Source: an uncultured bacterium
Lineage (GTDB): Bacteria > Patescibacteriota > Minisyncoccia > SW-4-49-11
NCBI GenBank assembly: GCA_937864235.1
Contig: CALMJI010000012.1
Coordinates: 942 to 64,941, forward strand
DNA: 64,000 bases
Direction of reading: 5' to 3'
Under the pieces are notes generated by a model. It worked only from the letters and a program-made list of their open reading frames with translations. It had not been told where the DNA came from and made no database searches. Of this stretch, positions 59,134 through 64,000 are shown in pieces; the stretch's first letter is position 1, and each line of letters starts with the position of its first letter. The translations under genes were made by a program, and so were the position numbers.

Positions 59134-59991
59134 ATGAAAAAAGATTTTAACCATTTAATTTCAACATTGAAAAGCTCCATCAAAACTTGGGATTATTTTG
59201 TAAACTGGAATAAAGTATTTTCAAATAGCTCTGATTTAGAAATAATTTTAAATAAACTCAACTATCTACTTGGAAAAGAAAATCTTAAAGAAGAATTTAA
59301 TAAACTTTATAACTCTAATCCTGATATTGTGAAAGCATTACCTTTGCTATTAGCAGTACGTGAGAATAAACTTGAAGTTTTTGATAAAGAAACTAAGAAC
59401 TCAGAATTTTTTGACTTTTCAGATAAAGAAAAAAATGCTGAGAAATATTTTGAGTTCTTAGATAAGTCTGGGCTTTCTCATCTTTTTCAAAGAGATGGAA
59501 TAAAAAATCTTGTTGATTATGTAATGGGAGTTGAGGTGGGTCTTGATAGCAATGGTCGGAAAAATCGAGGGGGTATACTTATGGAAGAAATAGTAGGTTC
59601 ATTTCTTACTGATTTCTGTAATAGAAATAGTTTAGAATATTTATCACAAGCTCGTGCAAGTGTTATAAAATCTAAATGGGGATTTGATGTAAAAGTAGAT
59701 AAATCCGAAAGAAGCTTTGATTTTGCAATTTATAATCCAAAGAATCACAAATTAAAGTTATTTGAAGCTAATTTTTACAATGGAGGAGGATCAAAACTAA
59801 AAGCTGTTTGTGGTGAGTTTAAAAGTCTCTATAATGAACTTAAGTCTCAAGGCATAGATTTTATATGGGTTACTGATGGGCTTGGTTGGCATACAACAAA
59901 ACGACCCCTCGAAGAGACATATAATCATAATGAATATGTTTTTAACCTTAATATGCTCGAAGCTAATATCCTAGAAGATCTTATATGGTAA
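59134..59991 (+). CDS. DpnII/MboI-family type II restriction endonuclease
   Basis: YFVNW.KV, DYV.GVEVGLDSNGRKNRGG, FDF, E.NFY.GGGSKL, F.WVTDG.GW. Confidence 0.92.
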   Translation: MKKDFNHLISTLKSSIKTWDYFVNWNKVFSNSSDLEIILNKLNYLLGKENLKEEFNKLYNSNPDIVKALPLLLAVRENKLEVFDKETKNSEFFDFSDKEKNAEKYFEFLDKSGLSHLFQRDGIKNLVDYVMGVEVGLDSNGRKNRGGILMEEIVGSFLTDFCNRNSLEYLSQARASVIKSKWGFDVKVDKSERSFDFAIYNPKNHKLKLFEANFYNGGGSKLKAVCGEFKSLYNELKSQGIDFIWVTDGLGWHTTKRPLEETYNHNEYVFNLNMLEANILEDLIW

Positions 59992-59995
59992 TTAT

Positions 59996-60742
59996 ATGGC
60001 AAATAATAAACTACATCCTGATCAATTTGAACTAGAATGTACAACAGTTTGGGCTTTCCCCCGTAGAGGTAATTGGGCAACACATAAGTCTGATTGGCGG
60101 GGTAATTGGTCTCCAGAAGTAGTACGTAATCTCATTTTAAGATATTCAAATGAAAAAGATCATATTTTAGATTGTATGATAGGCGGAGGAACTACTGCAA
60201 TAGAAGCCAAAATTTTGAATCGACACATTACTTGTGTTGATGTTAATGAGGAGGCAATTGAGAGAACTCGGAAATCTCTAGAATTCGAGGTGGACAATGG
60301 ATCTAAGCAAAGAATTATCAATTGTGATGCGAGAGATATGAACTTTATAAAAGATAATGAAATAGATTTTGTCTTAACACATCCTCCCTATGCAGATATT
60401 ATAAAATATAGTGAGGGTAAGATTGCGGAAGATTTATCTGGAATACATGATATTGATGCATTTGTTGATGAAATAGAAAAGGTTGCAAAGGAATTATTTA
60501 GAGTGTTAAAAAAAGGTAAATATTGTGCTGTTTTAATGGGAGATACTCGTCGTAATAAGATGTATCAACCACTTGCGTTTAAAGTGATGGATAGATTTTT
60601 GAAAGTAGGATTTACACTAAAAGAGGATATTATAAAAAGACAATTTAATTGTAAAGCCACAGGGTTTTGGGTCAAAAAATCTCAGGAAAATAATTTTTTG
60701 CTAATTATGCACGAGCATTTATTTATTTTTCAAAAGCTATAA
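59996..60742 (+). CDS. Second DNA amino-methyltransferase (HPPY type)
   Basis: TTVW.FP.RG.W.TH, LDCMIGGGTT, THPPY, HEHLFIF. Confidence 0.88.
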   Translation: MANNKLHPDQFELECTTVWAFPRRGNWATHKSDWRGNWSPEVVRNLILRYSNEKDHILDCMIGGGTTAIEAKILNRHITCVDVNEEAIERTRKSLEFEVDNGSKQRIINCDARDMNFIKDNEIDFVLTHPPYADIIKYSEGKIAEDLSGIHDIDAFVDEIEKVAKELFRVLKKGKYCAVLMGDTRRNKMYQPLAFKVMDRFLKVGFTLKEDIIKRQFNCKATGFWVKKSQENNFLLIMHEHLFIFQKL

Positions 60743-60806
60743 ATGCATTACGACATAGTTTACCAATATATGCTATAATAAAACCATACAATAACTCACC
60801 AAACAT

Positions 60807-61142
60807 ATGGACATCAACGAATATAAAAATAAGGCTCTGCGGACGGACTATGCTGATTATAGTGACTTTCATACTGGGGATGTGAGTGCTAGATTGGATT
60901 ATGCTAGTATGGGATTAGTGACGGAGTCAGCGAAAGTATTGGATATAATCAAAAAATCCAAAAAATCTCTAGCTTCACTAAACCGAGAAAAACTCAAGGA
61001 AGAATTAGGCGATTTACTCTGGTATATGAATTTGACTTTAGATGAATTGGGAATTAGTTTTTATGAGTTGATGGAGGCAAGCATTACCAAAATTGACCGC
61101 AAACACCCAGAAGGCGATCCTTTGATTAGGGCAGGGGAGTGA
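60807..61142 (+). CDS. MazG-like nucleotide pyrophosphohydrolase
   Basis: NEY...A.RT, MGL..E...V.D.IKK, EELGDLLWY. Confidence 0.82.
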   Translation: MDINEYKNKALRTDYADYSDFHTGDVSARLDYASMGLVTESAKVLDIIKKSKKSLASLNREKLKEELGDLLWYMNLTLDELGISFYELMEASITKIDRKHPEGDPLIRAGE

Positions 61143-61167
61143 AATTTTAATTTAATTTATCTCTTTC

Positions 61168-61884
61168 TTAAAACTCACCCCTCAAAAACTTTAACCTTTT
61201 CTCCTCAGGGAATCGCTCAATTGCATATCTGAGGGTAGTTCTTGGAAGTTGGGGATAGTTATCTATGAGGAATTGTTCTACTACTTTAGGGGACTTTTTC
61301 CAAGCTTCTCGGAGTGTCCAGCCGACGGCTTTATGAATTAGGTCTTCTGTGTCTGTGAGTAGTATCTGGGCTATATTGAGACTAGGGTTGATATCACCCT
61401 GTGAGATGAAGTACATAGTAGAGATTATAGCTATTCTTCTCTCCCAGAGTATGGGGGAGTTAGTTAATTTATCTAATATGCTTATTGGCTGTATATCATC
61501 GGCTATGGCTCGGCCTAGAATATAATGAGCGGATAAGTCAACTAGGTCCCAGTTATTGATATAATGCAAATTGACAATATACATATTAGCTATATCTTTT
61601 CTATGCTCTAGAGTAGCTTGTTTATTCTTATTAACTAATAGGATTAGAGCACAAAGTCTATCTTCATGAATAGGGGAGTGCAAGAGTAATTCTATTTCCT
61701 GCAAGTCTATATCCTTGTACTGTCTCGCTACTTTCCTAATATCTGGATTAGTCACTCCAATGAACTCATCTCCCTCGCCATACTGCCCTTTAGCAGTTTT
61801 AAAAAACCACTCAATTTTCTTCTTTCGCTCTGGAGTGGCATATTGTCTTAGAGCTCTCTGGATATTTTTATAGGTGTGAGACAT
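61168..61884 (-). CDS. AlkD-like DNA alkylation repair protein
   Basis: G.GD.FIGV..P, NNWDLVD, WERR, DLIHKAVGW.LRE, RTTLRYAIE. Confidence 0.9.
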   Translation of the reverse strand: MSHTYKNIQRALRQYATPERKKKIEWFFKTAKGQYGEGDEFIGVTNPDIRKVARQYKDIDLQEIELLLHSPIHEDRLCALILLVNKNKQATLEHRKDIANMYIVNLHYINNWDLVDLSAHYILGRAIADDIQPISILDKLTNSPILWERRIAIISTMYFISQGDINPSLNIAQILLTDTEDLIHKAVGWTLREAWKKSPKVVEQFLIDNYPQLPRTTLRYAIERFPEEKRLKFLRGEF

Positions 61885-61897
61885 TTATTTTTTTATT

Positions 61898-62407
61898 TTA
61901 TCTTTTTAAATATTTTTTTACATTAGAATAAACAATATTTAGTCTATCTTTAAAATCCTTATCTGTAATATGGAGATTAATGTCATCTTCATATTTTCCT
62001 AGGAAGTAATTATGATCTTGAATAAAGGTATCTATCACTAATAATGAATCATTATATGATTTTGCTTTATAAAGCTTGATTAATAATTCTTTACTTAAAT
62101 CAAGACTAATAATATAAGGCTCATATTGTGCTTGGATAATATATTCCTTTTTATCCTTCCATGCTCTATCTATACTGGCATCATAAATAAATGGGATCCC
62201 ACTATTTAATATTTCTTTTAATCGTATATCTCGTCTTCTAATATATTCTTCTTCATCTAAAAACCCCATATCTTCTTTTACTTCTGATCGAATAGCATCA
62301 TTATTAAATATTGGTAAATTCAATTTGATACTTAAATAATGAGATATAGGAGTCTTAGAACTCCCTATTGCTCCAGCAAATGTTATTATAAATTTTTTAT
62401 TATACAT
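61898..62407 (-). CDS. P-loop kinase-like (AAA_33-like) protein
   Basis: GAIGSSKT, D.IR.E, IYDA. Confidence 0.65.
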   Translation of the reverse strand: MYNKKFIITFAGAIGSSKTPISHYLSIKLNLPIFNNDAIRSEVKEDMGFLDEEEYIRRRDIRLKEILNSGIPFIYDASIDRAWKDKKEYIIQAQYEPYIISLDLSKELLIKLYKAKSYNDSLLVIDTFIQDHNYFLGKYEDDINLHITDKDFKDRLNIVYSNVKKYLKR

Positions 62408-62497
62408 ACAAATATATTAGTATTTATACATAATTATATCATCACAGATGTATTTATACAATTATTTTTGTTTAATCCCTTCACTAAGAAAAATTTA

Positions 62498-62533
62498 CAC
62501 CCACCCTACGGGCACCCTCTCCAAAGAGGGACA
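62498..62533. repeat. Partial X-type palindromic repeat
   Basis: ccctacgggcaccctctccaaagagggaca, with a compensated stem relative to X. Confidence 0.75.
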
Positions 62534-62543
62534 GTTTTTTATA

Positions 62544-62834
62544 TCACTTAACCTTCTTTCCAAACCACTTTTGGGTATTGGGGTTGCGATGTGGACAGCC
62601 CGGCCAACAACAAGGATTTTTATGTCCTGTTTTAATTTCTTCTAACATTCTTTGGATATGATTGAGGCGAGTTTCTGATTTTTTGACAATGGTTATCCAA
62701 CATATCCACTCATTTCTCTGGATTGGAGTTAATTGATTCCATTTTTCTAACACAACTGTATTGTCTTCTAACGCCTGACTTATATCCTCTGTAATTGTGT
62801 GCAATATGCCTGAGAGTGGTGTTGAGTTTGTCAT
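62544..62834 (-). CDS. YdeI/OmpD-associated family protein
   Basis: W..LTP..RNEWICWI...KK.ETR, PCCWPGCPHR. Confidence 0.85.
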   Translation of the reverse strand: MTNSTPLSGILHTITEDISQALEDNTVVLEKWNQLTPIQRNEWICWITIVKKSETRLNHIQRMLEEIKTGHKNPCCWPGCPHRNPNTQKWFGKKVK

Positions 62835-63172
62835 AGATTTTGATCTTCTTTAATTCTAAACTTTACTATTTTTTGAATTAAATCTATTGGTAAGGGCTTA
62901 TCTAATGGGAATTGAATTGCTGCTTTGGAGGTTTTGTATGGCTTTAATTCTTTTTGGAAGTGTAATATTGGACTTGGGGTGGGGTAGAAGCCAATATGAT
63001 TTTTATTCACTGCATAATATACCAAAACTTTATTTTGTTTAAAAGCTGGCATATTATAGCTGATTACTTCTTCTACCTCCGGAGCTACATCTCTGATAGT
63101 CTCTCTTAATAATTCTAATTTTGGCTGAATACTTTTTGATTGATTTTGATTATACTTTTCTACAGGTGTCAT
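62831..63172 (-). CDS. DUF1801 (YdhG-like) protein
   Basis: EE.ISYNMPAF, HIGFYP, QFPLDKPLP..LI.KIV. Confidence 0.88.
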   Translation of the reverse strand: MTPVEKYNQNQSKSIQPKLELLRETIRDVAPEVEEVISYNMPAFKQNKVLVYYAVNKNHIGFYPTPSPILHFQKELKPYKTSKAAIQFPLDKPLPIDLIQKIVKFRIKEDQNL

Positions 63173-63250
63173 AGATTACATTATGTATATTTATAGTATA
63201 TAGGATATTCTCTTTAGTGTATAGGTGTAGAGAGTTGAAATACAAAAACA

Positions 63251-63331
63251 ATCCACCCTGTCCAGCATAGCTGTCCACCCCCTCCCAAACTAAAGTATAG
63301 GAGGGACTGAAAGCCCTCAAGAGGGGAATTT
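63251..63331 (-). repeat. Element Z carrying insert I2 only
   Basis: Reverse complement aattcccctcttgagg[gctttcagtccctcctatactttagtttgggaggg]ggtggacagctatgctggacagggtggat. Confidence 0.88.
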
Positions 63332-63432
63332 TTAAATTCATCCATAACCTCAACATATATTGTCAATTAACATTATTTACAAAAAATCATCAAAATAGTG
63401 TATAATAAAACTATAAACTAATTCCTAAAACT

Positions 63433-64000
63433 ATGCTATTACAAATTTTACCTTGGATTATGGCGATTACAGCCTTCTCTTTTTTTGGTTCCTGGTATGC
63501 TCGGAGATATGATAGGGTAGACGCCTTGGTAGGTTTATATGTGGCTTTTGTGCTTATTAGTAATATTGTGGCTTATAAAATTGCTACTTTTGACCTTGGG
63601 TTTACCACATTTTATGCTACTTCAGCGACTTTGGTCTTTGCCGTGACTTTTCTCTTAACAGATATTGTAAATGAAAAATTTGGTAGAAAAGAAACTCAAA
63701 AAATGATATTCATAACCTTTATCACTCAAGTTGCTGTAGCTTTTTTTATTTGGCTCGCCATTTCATTACAGCCTGCTCCTTTTTGGCCAGATCAAGAAAA
63801 TTTTGCTAAGATAATTGGCTATACACCTAGAATTATGTTCGCTAGTTGGGTGGCCTTCCTAGTAAGTGAGAATATTGATGCCTATATTTTCGATTGGTTC
63901 AAAAAATTAACTAAAGGTAGACATCTCTGGATGCGAAATGCCTTCAGCTCTCTGCCAGCTATGGCTTTGGATACTGTTATATTTGTGATTATTGCTTTTG
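63433..64000 (+). CDS. yhhQ: Queuosine precursor transporter (YhhQ/Vut_1 family), runs off window end
   Basis: Translated by hand: SNIVAYK, TFLLTDIVNEKFG, PRIMFASWVAFLVSENID, HLWMRN..S. Confidence 0.9.
   Translation, partial: MLLQILPWIMAITAFSFFGSWYARRYDRVDALVGLYVAFVLISNIVAYKIATFDLGFTTFYATSATLVFAVTFLLTDIVNEKFGRKETQKMIFITFITQVAVAFFIWLAISLQPAPFWPDQENFAKIIGYTPRIMFASWVAFLVSENIDAYIFDWFKKLTKGRHLWMRNAFSSLPAMALDTVIFVIIAF

Noticed and set aside
58095-62482. attL/attR duplication of the tRNA-Ser 3' end bounding the RM island
   Set aside because: Only an 8-nt match (aatccctt) was noticed and there is no integrase; not significant
1042-63331. Repeats as a CRISPR array
   Set aside because: Copies are dispersed and inverted, not tandem direct repeats with regular spacers; no cas genes
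63335-63432. preQ1 riboswitch upstream of yhhQ
   Set aside because: No recognisable stem or conserved loop; the region is AT-rich promoter sequence
1-64000. Alternative genetic code (TGA=Gly as in Gracilibacteria, or general stop reassignment)
   Set aside because: Conserved genes are full length under code 11, and TGA, TAG and TAA all end genes at expected positions; the two in-frame stops noted are isolated cases

Overview
AT-rich bacterial chromosome segment in the standard genetic code, with most genes on the + strand. Gene content and style point to a Patescibacteria/CPR (Parcubacteria-like) genome; this is an inference from the GAD-less AspRS, reduced dcw cluster, VirB2/TrbC-type pilin array and lack of Shine-Dalgarno sites. 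Housekeeping genes: aspS (3' part), ddl, topA, mraZ-rsmH-ftsL-ftsI-murF-xseB, gap, ftsK, eno, recJ, def/fmt, gatB, gyrA, rpsL-rpsG-fusA, three tRNAs and RNase P RNA. Surface and accessory genes: several GT4 glycosyltransferases, a priming sugar transferase, an S8 protease with C-terminal repeats and a 1292-aa membrane protein. A DpnII/MboI-like restriction-modification cluster with a MazG-like gene follows tRNA-Ser(CGA). Most notable: (1) a seven-gene locus with six pilin-domain genes, one fused to a cysteine-rich lytic-transglycosylase-like domain; (2) GC-rich palindromic intergenic repeats that carry smaller palindromes inserted at fixed positions, with empty, single-insert and double-insert states all present; (3) orphan genes packaged with their own promoter and terminator, including a GC-rich one resembling a cyanobacterial hypothetical protein. 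No CRISPR array, rRNA, integrase or transposase was seen. All family assignments come from motif recognition, not database searches.
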